Positions 50,871-64,000 of a DNA stretch of 64,000 nt are shown piece by piece. The stretch comes from Octopus bimaculoides. Taxonomy: Eukaryota. The stretch's first letter is position 1, and each line of letters starts with the position of its first letter. The stretch covers positions 116,008,271 to 116,072,270 of the forward strand of contig NC_068981.1 in NCBI RefSeq assembly GCF_001194135.2, written 5' to 3'. The notes under the pieces were generated by a model. It did no database searches. It was not told the origin of the DNA and worked only from the letters and a program-made list of their open reading frames with translations. The translations under genes were made by a program, and so were the position numbers.

Positions 50871-51369
50871 CCCTCGTTTGCCCAAATCTCACTGTTTTTT
50901 TTTTCCGTTGGAATACTTTTTCTTTTCCTTTTCTTTTCATTAACGATTTTTGCTAATTAGGTTCATCGTCCTCACTTTCACCACTCGACCTGACGTGACT
51001 GCATAATGTGATTTAGGATGGGCATGTCATAGGTTGCTGTTCTGTTGTTGTTCTAGAGTTTACAGACGCTTTATTCTGTGAGGTGGTGGCTCTTGATAAC
51101 GGTAATTCTTCTGATGTTTTTGTTGATGTTGCGGCCTCTTGTTTTTGCTGCTGCTGCTACTGCTGCTGCTGCTGCTGCTGCTTCAGTTGCTGCTGAGGTT
51201 GTTACTGCTGTTACGGGTATTGTTGCAGTCGCTGCCTGTGGACTTAACCAGAAGAAACATTTCCCCTTCTACGGGTTATCACACTTTTGTGGGCGTGTTT
51301 TAGTGTCACCGTGAATTCATACATGGTGTACCCTTATTAGACGAGCAGTCATGATGGGTATATTGGGTT

Positions 51370-51540
51370 TCACATATTTGTACCACAAATACATCGATCC
51401 CAGTATTTCACTGGCTCTTAATTTATCAACTCCTAAAGGATGAAAGGCCAAGTCGACCTCAGCAGAATTTGATCTCAGAACGTGCAGTCGGATGAAATGC
51501 CGCTAAGCATTTTGTCCGCCGTGTTACCGGTTCTACTAGT
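51370..51540 (-). mobile_element. SINE family A
   Basis: ggatgaaaggccaagtcgacctcagcagaatttgatctcagaacg...gaaatgccgctaagcatttt. Confidence 0.75.
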
Positions 51541-51589
51541 TATTTCTAACATAGGGAAAACTCCACAAACTCCACGTTCGCGGAAGCGA

Positions 51590-52470
51590 CGTGTTCCACT
51601 GGTTAGGTGCCCCATTTGTTATCAGCACCAGCTAAATGGAGGACTGGGCATAGCGTGGCTGATTATGCGTAGATATGCGTTGAAGCTGTGACATCTCCAG
51701 AGTTTCCTTGACGGCGAACAGTGTGCCTGTCGTTGTTTGTCAGACTTGCTTTTCCACAGCGCGTTATTTGACTGAGTTGCATCGAGTTTAGACCAAGGCA
51801 GGATTCCTGTCACTTAGATTGTCGACCAACGCTCACAGCCCTCAAACTGTAGGGCTGTGAGATGCATGGTAGATGTTTCACTTTGGCGTTCGACAGAGTT
51901 TTAATGACAGGCAAGAACAACGACGTTCTTGGAAAATCTCTAGGAATGTACGAGGAGCGATAGGCTGGTCTGTTCCGGGGGACACACGGGCCAGACTCCT
52001 GAATAATCTTTAGAAATCTCTTTCCTGGCTGAGCTACCAGAGCGCATTACCGGTTTGTGAAAAACTCTACAGGCATGGAGGTACCGAGAGTCCAGACCTG
52101 GTCGAGATGCACACAGAGCAACGATATTGTTCTGCACGTACTAGTCCAATGTCCTGCTATTGCTGATGTGTGAAGTTATGACGAACACCTGCAATCGCGT
52201 GTTGGCTGGATAGGCTATCAGCTAGGTCTATCACGAGGATTGTCCTATCGCCTTCTTTTGGCCAAGGACAGGCAATGATCTGTTTGGTGGCCTTAGCGAA
52301 AGATGTTATTTGTGAATCAGACACCTTCCTCTTTGGACAAGCCCTCATCAAATTGTACAAGCTTCACTTGAGAAAGAAAGCGAGTGTGGGGAGAGGAAAT
52401 GCCTTCCAGTATTTTTGTTGAAACATGGGTGAGAGGAACAAGAATGGTCCGAGTGAAAGATCTTGCTCTG
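51590..52470 (+). mobile_element. L1/Tx1-like LINE 3' fragment with zinc knuckle, decayed
   Basis: QHQLNGGLGIAWLIMRRYALKL; ALPVCEKLYRHG; frameshifted CxxC..ET.LHVLVQCP; TFLFGQALIKLYK.HLRKK. Confidence 0.75.
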
Positions 52471-52479
52471 AGGGCGATC

Positions 52480-52610
52480 ATAGTTCATGAAATTTGGCGG
52501 GAGGGGCTAGATGAATACATTGACTCTAGAGCTTAAGTGGTATTTATTTTATCGATCTAGAAAGTTTGAAATGCAAAGTCGACGTCGGTAGTATTTGAAC
52601 GCGTTTAACG
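52480..52610 (-). mobile_element. SINE family A, 3' part
   Basis: gtggtatttattttatcgatc...gcaaagtcgacgtcggtagtatttgaac. Confidence 0.6.
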
Positions 52611-52649
52611 TAAATGGTAATGATCATTATCCATATTAGAAAGCATAAC

Positions 52650-52712
<63 letters not shown>

Positions 52713-52733
52713 AATTATTATTATTATTATTAA

Positions 52734-52791
<58 letters not shown>

Positions 52792-52827
52792 ATTATTATT
52801 ATTACTATAATAATAATTATTATTATT
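52650..52827. repeat. Long (ATT)n microsatellite
   Basis: Seen directly, with few interruptions. Confidence 0.95.
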
Positions 52828-53453
52828 CCTTAAATAGTATTCAAATTTGCTCAGATATTTTACCAGATAGTGGAATATAATATTTCAAATTCTGGATCAC
52901 TTTTTTTTGGCTACTTGGTCCACATTAAAGAAGATGCATTCTAACACAGAATAGGATATAGGGAGATTTCAATCTGAGATATGAAGCAGTTATCGAAATA
53001 TTTATAACACACTTAAAGGGGCTACACTACGATATTGGAGAATTTTCCGATTTGTGTTAAGCCGAAAGGTAGAGTTATTCAGTTCAATTCAATTTATTGA
53101 AATGCCGTGAAAACACAGCGAATGACACATTTCGTCATTATCCTTTTGTAAGCATTTTCCCATATGTGCATACACACACACACACACACTATAACGCGTA
53201 ATAGGCACGTACACACAGAAACACACATGCTCACATGCATACATACACATGCATATAGAGTAACGAATAAATATATGCGGATGGAAATAAATGCGCACAA
53301 ATCAGATCTCTCTTTTACTCTCCTTTGCTTTCCCTTTCTCTCTGTGCATTTCTCTGTCTCGCTGTTTCTCCCTCGGTAATAATATAGAGACACAGAGAGA
53401 CAGATAGATAGAAAGACATACATACATACATACATACATACATNNNNNNNNNN

Positions 53454-53498
<45 letters not shown>

Positions 53499-53799
53499 TA
53501 GAGGGACAGAAAGACATATATTATATATATTATAGGAAGGGTTTAAGACACAGGTGATCCAAACCAATAGTTACGCTGTGTGAGTGCTCCAATTGATAAG
53601 CTACTAGGATCGGAGTTCACAACTGGGTCTGGAGTTGGGGATCCGTAGCTTACTTCCGAGTCAGCGGGTGAGATATTGTTAACAACATTATTATCTAATT
53701 TTGCTTAACTCGATTCACTGTTATAATAATTAAAATAATTTTAATGATCTGATAAGCTTGCCTTGGTTTTGTTTTTCCTCTTTCTTTAATTTATATATA

Positions 53800-53893
53800 T
53801 TGCGGGGGGCGTAAACAAACTAACACTGATTGTCAAGTAGAGATGGGCGATAAACACACACAAAAATACAAATACACACATTCACACACACAA

Positions 53894-53945
<52 letters not shown>

Positions 53946-54476
53946 NNNNNNNNNNNNNNNNNNNNNNNNNNNNNNNNNNNNNNNNNNNNNNNNNNNNNNN
54001 NNNNNNNNNNNNNNNNNNNNNNNNNNNNNNNNNNNNNNNNNNNNNNNNNNNNNNNNNNNNNNNNNNNNNNNNNNNNNNNNNNNNNNNNNNNNNNNNNNNN
54101 NNNNNNNNNNNNNNNNNNNNNNNNNNNNNNNNNNNNNNNNNNNNNNNNNNNNNNNNNNNNNNNNNNNNNNNNNNNNNNNNNNNNNNNNNNNNNNNNNNNN
54201 NNNNNNNNNNNNNNNNNNNNNNNNNNNNNNNNNNNNNNNNNNNNNNNNNNNNNNNNNNNNNNNNNNNNNNNNNNNNNNNNNNNNNNNNNNNNNNNNNNNN
54301 NNNNNNNNNNNNNNNNNNNNNNNNNNNNNNNNNNNNNNNNNNNNNNNNNNNNNNNNNNNNNNNNNNNNNNNNNNNNNNNNNNNNNNNNNNNNNNNNNNNN
54401 NNNNNNNNNNNNNNNNNNNNNNNNNNNNNNNNNNNNNNNNNNNNNNNNNNNNNNNNNNNNNNNNNNNNNNNNNNNN

Positions 54477-54521
<45 letters not shown>

Positions 54522-54545
54522 ATACACGACGGGTTTCAGTTTCGG
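53800..54545 (-). mobile_element. Degenerate SINE family B spanning an N gap
   Basis: cactgattgtcaag...gataaacacacac left of the gap; atacacgacgggtttcagttt right of the gap. Confidence 0.55.
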
Positions 54546-54574
54546 ATTGTATGTGTATGTGTTTGAATGTGTGC

Positions 54575-54770
54575 ATGTATACACTACCACATGACAACTG
54601 GTGCTGGTTTCTTTGTGTCCCTGTAACTTAGCGGTTCGTCTGAATGAGTAGGATAGGGACTAGGCTAGGCTTGCAAAAGAAGTACTGGAGTCGATCCATT
54701 CGACTAAGAGTTCTTCAAATCGAAGTTCCAGCATGGCCACAGTCTTATGACTGAAACGGATGATAAAAGG
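54575..54770 (+). mobile_element. SINE family B, 3' half
   Basis: gacaactggtgctgg...ctgtaacttagcggttcg...ccagcatggccacagtcttatgactgaaac. Confidence 0.75.
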
Positions 54771-55219
54771 TACATATATATGTATATATATGCGTGTACA
54801 ATAGACGACGAAATGTAAAAAAATACCAGTTCTTTGCATTTACGCTTTACATTGAATACTTTATATTGTGAGGTGGGTAGAGAGTAAAAGAGACGTTGAA
54901 AATTAGAGGTGCAGTACGAGTGCACATACTTGGCTCATGGAGATAAAGGAGGAGGGGAGGTGGTTGTGTAGAGGATGTAAATGACAGACTTGCTAAGGAA
55001 GGATTTATGAGAAATGTTATGTTTAATTTATTGGTAATAACTAATGTTGTTGTTTCTCTCTTTTTTTTTCAGGAAACTTGTATTCATTGCATGATTTTGT
55101 ATAAGCACCAAAAAAAATTCCTAAAAGTAAAAATATAATTATTGCTGGCATGCACTATTTCCTGTTATTACCTGCGGTGGTAAATGTATACTTACCAAAT
55201 TATCCGTCCTAGTATTCCT

Positions 55220-55254
<35 letters not shown>

Positions 55255-55324
55255 CACGCACACACTGATACACACACATACACACACACACATGCACGCA
55301 CACACTGATACACATACATACACA

Positions 55325-55411
55325 CACAAACCGCTTAGTTACGGTGATGTAAATACACCAGCACCAGTTGCCAAGCGATGGTGAGGTGACAAGTGCAGAC
55401 ACAAAGGCACG

Positions 55412-55498
<87 letters not shown>

Positions 55499-55499
55499 C

Positions 55500-55535
<36 letters not shown>

Positions 55536-55580
55536 CGTATATATATTTATATATACGATGGGCTGATGGGCTTCTTTCAT
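55325..55580 (-). mobile_element. SINE family B central part, interrupted by an RTE end
   Basis: aaaccgcttagttacggtgatgtaaatacaccagcaccagttgccaagcgatggtg, then (CA)n, then tacgatgggc..ttctttca. Confidence 0.75.
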
Positions 55581-56050
55581 CTCGTCTCACCTTCTTTGCC
55601 CACTTATTTGTGGGAGGGTCCCCAAGCACGCCTTCCATCAGATCCTGCCTGAAACAACCATCTCCAATTGATCCAACTGGATACTCAAGCGAGACCAACT
55701 GAGCTGAAAGATGTTATCCAGTCTTCTTGCTTGTCGTCTACCCCTAGGTCTCCTGCTCATTGATTTAACCCGTAAAACTTGTTCAGCGATTTTGTTCGGT
55801 ATAGAATTGAATATTTATTAGGTGCGGTAATCCTGAAGGTGGTCCAGCTTCTCTCCAGGATGTTAATATCTATGACCCTCATGAAATTCACCCGCTTTTA
55901 TCTTTCCATCCTGCTGATTGCTCACACTCCCTCTTCACCGAGGAAGCCAAGTAGGGTACAGTTTCAATCGCCGACCACTCGACTATGTGCATGTGGCAGG
56001 ATACTGATAGCAAACTTGTGATGAGATTGGTCTTGGACAGTGCTCAAGGA
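55575..56050 (-). mobile_element. RTE-clade LINE 3' fragment
   Basis: IAEQVLRVKSMSRRPRGRRQARRLDNIFQLSWSRLSIQ..L..V..GRI.WK matches the RTE C-terminal GRP..RW.D motif. Confidence 0.7.
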
Positions 56051-56197
56051 ACAAAACAGAAAAATCAGAAAAGAGGATGATCACAGCTGGAATGTCTCCT
56101 ACCAAAGGTATGTTCGGTTAGACTTAACTAAAAATATAATGTGCTACCACACAAAAATATGGATATGATGATAATCAAACCATTATTAATTAACACC

Positions 56198-56395
56198 AGG
56201 GCGGTGAGCTGGCAGAATTGTGGGCATGCCGGGTAAAATGCTTCGCGGCATTTCGTCTGTCTCTACCTTCTGAATTCAAATTCTGGTATGGTCGACTTTT
56301 GCGAAAATAAAGTACCAGTTGAGCTCTAGGGTCCATATAATCGACTTATCACCCGACACCGAACTTGCTGGCTTCGTGTTAAAAATTGCAACTAA
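56198..56395 (+). mobile_element. SINE family A with 14-bp TSD
   Basis: gggcggtgagctggcagaa head; TSD tattaattaacacc at 56184-56197 and 56396-56409. Confidence 0.85.
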
Positions 56396-56409
56396 TATTA
56401 ATTAACACC

Positions 56410-57170
56410 TATACTATGGAACAACACTGATACATGTGATTGTTACCATCCTCTCCACTATATTGAATAACACTGCCATAACATCACTAGCGTCACTGAA
56501 TGCTACCAGATTAAACACCAACGCCATGTAACAAAAGCACAACCAACACCGCTACCACCTCCACCGTCACCGCGTCCTCTTCCACCGCGTCCTCCGCCAC
56601 CACTGCCATTACAGTCAGCACTACCATTTGCACAACCCACTACAGCCATAACAAACTGCCAAAATTCTACGTCACACCCGCCACTAGCATCTTAAATGGT
56701 TCTATAACTGTATTACCACTACCAGCACCCCCGCTGCCTCCATCGTCGCTGAGGCCGTCACTACCGCCACCGCCGTCATCACCACTAGGAGAACTAATAC
56801 CTCCATACTAACCTCACGCCACCAGCACCCTTACCACCACCAGTATCACCAACACAAGCAACATCAACGCGAATAACAATAACAATAAGAGCAACACCAG
56901 CATCACTATGACTTCCATTGAAAGCACCACCATCACCATAACAACCAATACCACCACCACCAGCAACAACAACAACAACATCAAGTAATACGACCAACGG
57001 AACCGATACCATCATCGCTACCAGCACCATTCATTCCACCACCAAGACCACCACCACCACCACCACCACCGCTGCCGCCGCCGCCGCCGCCGCCGCCACT
57101 AATATCATCACCACCAAGATCAGCAGCACCAAAACAACAACAACAACTGCTAGACAAGCAGCAGCGGCGT
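56410..57170. repeat. Cryptic (ACC)/(AAC)/(GCC) trinucleotide low-complexity tract
   Basis: Degenerate triplet repeats with no long clean frame. Confidence 0.75.
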
Positions 57171-57551
57171 CAATCGAAGAAGGAAGGTGGGGCTATACGG
57201 GTGGTGTGCATGTAGTTCTTGCAAGGAGATGTGGTCGAAGTGGCAGCTGTAAGTTTTTTGGCCTTCTTTACTGCTTCTTGCTTCTTTTCTACTTCCTACC
57301 ATCATTTTATTTTTTTACTTTTATTAATATTATATTATTATTCTTTACAATACACATACACACACAAACACACAAAAGCACACACACAAACACACAAACA
57401 CACACACACACACAAACATACACACATGCACACAGACACACAGACACACACAGACACACACGCACGCACACTCTTTTCTTTCAGCGCTTCATCTGTGTCT
57501 GTGTGTCTGTTCGCTGAATTGTCAGTTGTAGTCTTTCGCATGTTTACGTGC

Positions 57552-57590
<39 letters not shown>

Positions 57591-57593
57591 CAT

Positions 57594-57637
<44 letters not shown>

Positions 57638-58124
57638 GTTTATGTATATATATGTATATGTATGTATATATGAGTATTTCGGTGTTTATAAATATTGTAT
57701 ATTTTTTGTTATATTTATGTGGGTGTATATGCCATAGTGTATACTTTATATATGTGGATCTTTAACCCGTTTACCTATGTGAAAAGTTTATTGCATCAGT
57801 AAATTGCTAGAAGAAAGCAACGTTTATTTACACAACACGGAATATGCAGACATTGATATATGCGTGTGTATATGCATGTTTATATGTCCGTATATAGATG
57901 TGCGCAATATATGTGCTGTGTGCGTTTTATATGCTTTACAAACTTAACATTTTGTTTCATATTTGTAATGTATACTATGTTCTTCCAAAAGTATGTCTTT
58001 ATACATATTTTAAAATTTTAATATAGGATATAATCTTTACAAGAATTTATCAAGTGGTCAGCGTGAAAGCCTTATAAGGGAAAAATTTATTATTATTCCC
58101 TTTAAATATATTTATTTATATCAA

Positions 58125-58232
58125 GGGCAATACTACACGTAAATGCCCCACGTTATGAGAGACTCTTGAAGTCAAAACTACCATAATAAATATACAGTGT
58201 ACCGAACGCGAGGGAATGCAACTTGGAAGCCA
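58125..58232. mobile_element. Left end of a second copy of the 13743-14032 MITE (runs into a gap)
   Basis: gggcaatactacac...gtcaaaactaccataataaatatacagtgtaccgaacgcgagggaatgcaac. Confidence 0.8.
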
Positions 58233-58684
58233 ANNNNNNNNNNNNNNNNNNNNNNNNNNNNNNNNNNNNNNNNNNNNNNNNNNNNNNNNNNNNNNNNNNN
58301 NNNNNNNNNNNNNNNNNNNNNNNNNNNNNNNNNNNNNNNNNNNNNNNNNNNNNNNNNNNNNNNNNNNNNNNNNNNNNNNNNNNNNNNNNNNNNNNNNNNN
58401 NNNNNNNNNNNNNNNNNNNNNNNNNNNNNNNNNNNNNNNNNNNNNNNNNNNNNNNNNNNNNNNNNNNNNNNNNNNNNNNNNNNNNNNNNNNNNNNNNNNN
58501 NNNNNNNNNNNNNNNNNNNNNNNNNNNNNNNNNNNNNNNNNNNNNNNNNNNNNNNNNNNNNNNNNNNNNNNNNNNNNNNNNNNNNNNNNNNNNNNNNNNN
58601 NNNNNNNNNNNNNNNNNNNNNNNNNNNNNNNNNNNNNNNNNNNNNNNNNNNNNNNNNNTATATATACACACACATATATTTGTT

Positions 58685-58810
58685 TGATTCGTAACCACTT
58701 GTTTACAGGAGAGACCACACTGTGTGGAACCATGGGGAAGTGTCTTTTACAAATAGCCCTCGATCACATTTGTCAGTGGTATTTGTTAAACAGAAACTCT
58801 GCGCTGATTG
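58685..58810 (+). mobile_element. Degenerate SINE family B, 5' part
   Basis: ccacactgtgtggaaccatggggaagtgtctttta..atagccctcg...ggtatttgttaaacagaaact. Confidence 0.5.
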
Positions 58811-58829
58811 CCATCGTATACATACATAC

Positions 58830-59067
58830 ATACAGACGTACATACAGACATACATACAGACATATATGCATACATACATACATACATACATACATACATA
58901 AATACATACATATAATATGTCTAGTATATATTTATATATATATATATATCTGTGTGTGTATATATATGTGTGTGCACATACGTATTTATGTACATACATA
59001 TATACATACGCGCACACGCACACGCATATACATATGCATGCATACATGCATATAGAAATACATTCAT

Positions 59068-59134
<67 letters not shown>

Positions 59135-59335
59135 CATACATATATATGTATGTATGCACACATATATAGGAATATACGTATGTATATATGTTTGTACACA
59201 TACACACATATATATATATAAATATATACATAGACATATATTCATATATGTACGTATATACATATATAATATAAATAATATATATATATATACATATATA
59301 TGTATGTATATATACATATATATGCATACATTGAC
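58830..59335. repeat. Degenerate (TA)/(CATA) tract
   Basis: Seen directly; the source of many YI/MYV pseudo-ORFs. Confidence 0.9.
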
Positions 59336-59641
59336 ACAGGACGTCACCAACAGTAAACAACATGAAATACGAAAACAAATGAATTAAATATGCGAATGAG
59401 AGGGGGAAAAAATGGAAAACAGGACAAGTAACACAAAGAACATCCCTTCATCAATTGTCAGCTGTCTATATACTAATTTCCAGCATTATACATACATACA
59501 TGCGTCCTGTACCCACATATGCACCTATACATACAGACGGATGCCGGTATGCACATACCTGTACGCATATATGCATATACTCATTTACTATTTGTGTATA
59601 TATATATATATATATATGCATATACTCATTTACTATTTGTT

Positions 59642-59677
<36 letters not shown>

Positions 59678-60516
59678 CATTTATATAGATATATGTATAT
59701 TTATATAAATTTGAATTGGATGTAAAATGAAACAATTCTAGGTATTGATGATAATTAATTAATAAATCATTTTATATCCATTTAATCTCTCCATTTTCAA
59801 GCGTAATAATTATATATATATACATATACACGTACACATAAATATATCAAACAACCACAACCCCAAGACAGTGCCTCTCACCATTCCGATTTCGCATTTA
59901 TGTCGGTGATGTGTTACTTTAAAGTCCCTTATCATAAAGATTCAACCAAGAGTGGACCAGATAAACATGCGTATTGGAGTTGGTATGATGAACTAAAACA
60001 GATGATATTCGAACCCTTATAACATCATGATAAACTTTATTATATTATATTATTTTGTAATATATTATCCTCTATTTTACAATTTGTTTCTCCTCTCCTA
60101 CCTCGTTTCCTGAATTAGAATTTTCCTTATGAAGACAGATTACGAGGAACTCTGAGTATCAGTTTGTGAAATTTCACTTTCCAAATTTATCATATTGCTA
60201 ATATATTAATTTTATATAAAACATACGTAACTCAGCGCGTACAAATATAATCTTTATTAATATATCCATGAATATATAAACAGGGCCATATATATGTCAA
60301 TAACGTAAGGCTTGTTTACATTTTAGTGTTAATATAAATACGTACATACATATAGATTCGTACATACATACATACATAGAAATATATATATATATACTAT
60401 ATTATATATATATATAAATGTACACATATATCTCTGTATCTATCTATCTATCTTCCTATATATATACACACATACACGCACACACACACATACACACACA
60501 CACACACACGTATATA

Positions 60517-60557
<41 letters not shown>

Positions 60558-61239
60558 NNNNNNNNNNNNNNNNNNNNNNNNNNNNNNNNNNNNNNNNNNN
60601 NNNNNNNNNNNNNNNNNNNNNNNNNNNNNNNNNNNNNNNNNNNNNNNNNNNNNNNNNNNNNNNNNNNNNNNNNNNNNNNNNNNNNNNNNNNNNNNNNNNN
60701 NNNNNNNNNNNNNNNNNNNNNNNNNNNNNNNNNNNNNNNNNNNNNNNNNNNNNNNNNNNNNNNNNNNNNNNNNNNNNNNNNNNNNNNNNNNNNNNNNNNN
60801 NNNNNNNNNNNNNNNNNNNNNNNNNNNNNNNNNNNNNNNNNNNNNNNNNNNNNNNNNNNNNNNNNNNNNNNNNNNNNNNNNNNNNNNNNNNNNNNNNNNN
60901 NNNNNNNNNNNNNNNNNNNNNNNNNNNNNNNNNNNNNNNNNNNNNNNNNNNNNNNNNNNNNNNNNNNNNNNNNNNNNNNNNNNNNNNNNNNNNNNNNNNN
61001 NNNNNNNNNNNNNNNNNNNNNNNNNNNNNNNNNNNNNNNNNNNNNNNNNNNNNNNNNNNNNNNNNNNNNNNNNNNNNNNNNNNNNNNNNNNNNNNNNNNN
61101 NNNNNNNNNNNNNNNNNNNNNNNNNNNNNNNNNNNNNNNNNNNNNNNNNNNNNNNNNNNNNNNNNNNNNNNNNNNNNNNNNNNNNNNNNNNNNNNNNNNN
61201 NNNNNNNNNNNNNNNNNNNNNNNNNNNNNNNNNNNNNNN

Positions 61240-61272
<33 letters not shown>

Positions 61273-61367
61273 TATATATATACACACATACAAACATATA
61301 TATTTATATATATATATAACTGTATATGTATGCTTGTTTATGTATAAGAAATGTGTTTATATTCATT

Positions 61368-61399
<32 letters not shown>

Positions 61400-61661
61400 C
61401 ATTTGTATGTATAAGTATATGTATTCGTATATATATTTTTATATGTATATATGTAAATGTATGTGTGTGTGTGTGATGCATTAGGGCCATAATTTATTTA
61501 ATGTTTCTTATTTATGCTTAAATAAAAAAGGTATTAATCTTCATGTGTAACCTCTCTCAACCCCTCTTCTATTTTTATCTATCTCTCTATCTATCTATTT
61601 CCTTATCTAACTATAAAATGTGTATGTATGTGTGTATTTGTGTGTGTGTGTGCGTGTGTGC

Positions 61662-61719
<58 letters not shown>

Positions 61720-62079
61720 TCTCCCCCCACAATATGCATATAGTGTCGAGTTGTTCCATATTTTGTGAGTAAAATTACGTCAACGACAACTGTGAAGGAT
61801 CTTGTCAGATGAATTGTACCCGTAATTTGTTACACAGTGTGTCTAATTTAGTGCACATACGAATTACTTTAAATTTCAGTTGAATTCATACGGATATTGA
61901 ATAATTGCCTACGTTGGGGGACTGACATCCTTCCCGATGTCTATATATTTAGTGGCTTATCTATTCATAGTATTCAGGGACTTGTTGGGTCACCTGAATC
62001 ACCTGTACCTGCTCATTGAATTAACGCCTGTGTGATTGTGCTCCAAGAAACGTGTACATTCAACGTATTTTTGTTGCAG

Positions 62080-62183
62080 AATCGGCGACACAATTGCATG
62101 ACGACGTTACAACGTCGAACAACGGGTGGAAACCGCCCCATGGGCTCCTGTACAGTTTCTATCCGGCCACATTCCGCTCATAA
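62080..62183 (+). CDS. Candidate terminal coding exon (phase 1): (E)SATQLHDDVTTSNNGWKPPHGLLYSFYPATFRS*
   Basis: Acceptor tatttttgttgcag; GC- and CpG-richer non-repetitive sequence; phase matches the 7553 donor; no good donor before the TAA. Confidence 0.35.
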
Positions 62184-62364
62184 GCTATTGGCAGAACCGA
62201 ATATATTGAAAATGATTGCGACTGGGACTTTTGAGCTGCAAAGCGAATTATATCATCTTTTGGCCAAACTGCAAGCTATTACATATTTACCTACATGTTC
62301 ACATACACACACACACAAACATATAAGAATGCGTGTATCAATGTAGATATCCATGTAAACGCAG

Positions 62365-62490
62365 TGGTGGCTGTGGGGTAACAAACTTACTTCTCAACCA
62401 TGTGGTCTTCGTTTCTACATTAGCCCCAGATCGATTAAGATTTTGTGAAATAATTTGTGGGATAGAGTCTGAAGGAAATTTGTTCATAAT
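62365..62490 (+). mobile_element. Degenerate SINE family B, 5' part with internal deletion
   Basis: gtggctgtggggtaacaaacttacttctcaaccatgtggtc head. Confidence 0.55.
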
Positions 62491-62606
62491 TATTCGTATA
62501 CATATAAATATACATACATACATACGTTCGCACACACAAACACACACATACAAGCATACTCACACACAAACACACACACACTTGCGGCTGTAGGGGCTTT
62601 TTTTAG

Positions 62607-62655
62607 CTCTTATTTCTAGCAATGTTGGTGCTACCCTGCACCCTCAATCACTACT
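62607..62655. repeat. Fragment of the fold-back MITE arm
   Basis: ctcttatttctagcaatgttggtg matches ~4817-4840. Confidence 0.55.
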
Positions 62656-63280
62656 AATAACAATTGAATTTTTCCCTTTTGGTTTTATATTGCGTATTGC
62701 CGCCTCTATTATTTTATATATACATGTATATATAAATATATATATATATATATATANNNNNNNNNNNNNNNNNNNNNNNNNNNNNNNNNNNNNNNNNNNN
62801 NNNNNNNNNNNNNNNNNNNNNNNNNNNNNNNNNNNNNNNNNNNNNNNNNNNNNNNNNNNNNNNNNNNNNNNNNNNNNNNNNNNNNNNNNNNNNNNNNNNN
62901 NNNNNNNNNNNNNNNNNNNNNNNNNNNNNNNNNNNNNNNNNNNNNNNNNNNNNNNNNNNNNNNNNNNNNNNNNNNNNNNNNNNNNNNNNNNNNNNNNNNN
63001 NNNNNNNNNNNNNNNNNNNNNNNNNNNNNNNNNNNNNNNNNNNNNNNNNNNNNNNNNNNNNNNNNNNNNNNNNNNNNNNNNNNNNNNNNNNNNNNNNNNN
63101 NNNNNNNNNNNNNNNNNNNNNNNNNNNNNNNNNNNNNNNNNNNNNNNNNNNNNNNNNNNNNNNNNNNNNNNNNNNNNNNNNNNNNNNNNNNNNNNNNNNN
63201 NNNNNNNNNNNNNNNNNNNNNNNNNNNNNNNNNNNNNNNNNNNNNNNNNNNNNNNNNNNNNNNNNNNNNNNNNNNNNNNN

Positions 63281-63323
<43 letters not shown>

Positions 63324-63479
63324 CCTCTCTCTCTCTCTCACTCTCTCTTGCTATATATAATATAAGGTTCTGGTAGGGTGTAAAGTATGAGGGTTTCTAG
63401 AGAAGCACTCAACCAAAATGCTGGGCTATCCACACTGTCGTGTTATTTAAAGAATTTTCTTTATGTTCCTTCTAATTCA

Positions 63480-63515
<36 letters not shown>

Positions 63516-63953
63516 TACATTATATATATATATATATATATAAACAAAATTATTTGTTAAGTATTATCAACCGGGGCAAAATACTTCATCAGCTCTCTGT
63601 TAGTACACCAGGCTAACACTATTGTTTGCATTTGGTTGGTAAAGAACTCCAAGTATTCTCCTGTCATTGTCCGAAGTTGTAGTTCATCACCATTCTATAT
63701 TGTAAATCCGTGGTTATGCTCCAGGTAAACTGGAGTGATATACAAAACAAGGTATAACTAATAGTCATTACATATTTTTATTTTATTTGAGTAAATTTAT
63801 CTTATAGTTGCTTCCATTAGTAATCAAAAGTCCGTTAGTTATAGGTTTAAACCTATCTGTAACGAACCTATGATGACCACTGGAAACAACGTTATGCAAG
63901 ATTTACTCCAATAATGGAAAGACACGTAATGACCATTACATATACACACATAC

Positions 63954-64000
<47 letters not shown>

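Noticed and set aside
56410-57170. Mucin-like Thr/Ser-rich exon
   Set aside because: Frames are interrupted by stops and there are no clear splice boundaries; it is a degenerate triplet repeat.
59335-59465. Hammerhead in a short TA-flanked element (minus strand uugaugaaggg)
   Set aside because: No closing stem II or GAAA follows. It may be a repeat remnant but is not a supportable ribozyme.

Overview
AT-rich, microsatellite-dense animal genomic DNA from a gapped draft scaffold with many N runs. The SINE families and repeat texture suggest an octopus genome (inference, not verified). Almost all ORFs in the supplied track are microsatellite or N-gap artefacts. The window is dominated by decayed mobile elements: three tRNA-derived SINE families, RTE, R4/Dong, L1/Tx1 and CR1-like LINE fragments, two different Penelope-like elements (PLEs), Tc1/mariner remnants and two MITE families. 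I found no intact transposon ORF, rRNA, true tRNA or CRISPR array. Two small splice-bounded, phase-compatible + strand exons (6170-6225, 7479-7553) and a possible terminal exon (62080-62183) suggest the window is mostly intron of a host gene I cannot name. Best leads: a PLE family whose 3' end carries a minimal hammerhead ribozyme with the same non-canonical core (CUGUYGA) in all three copies; a ~3.6 kb YRDD-type PLE with a GIY-YIG head copy; and a pri-miRNA-like hairpin that also masks a 5' splice site. Protein and family assignments come from recalled motifs, not database searches, and boundaries of decayed elements are approximate.
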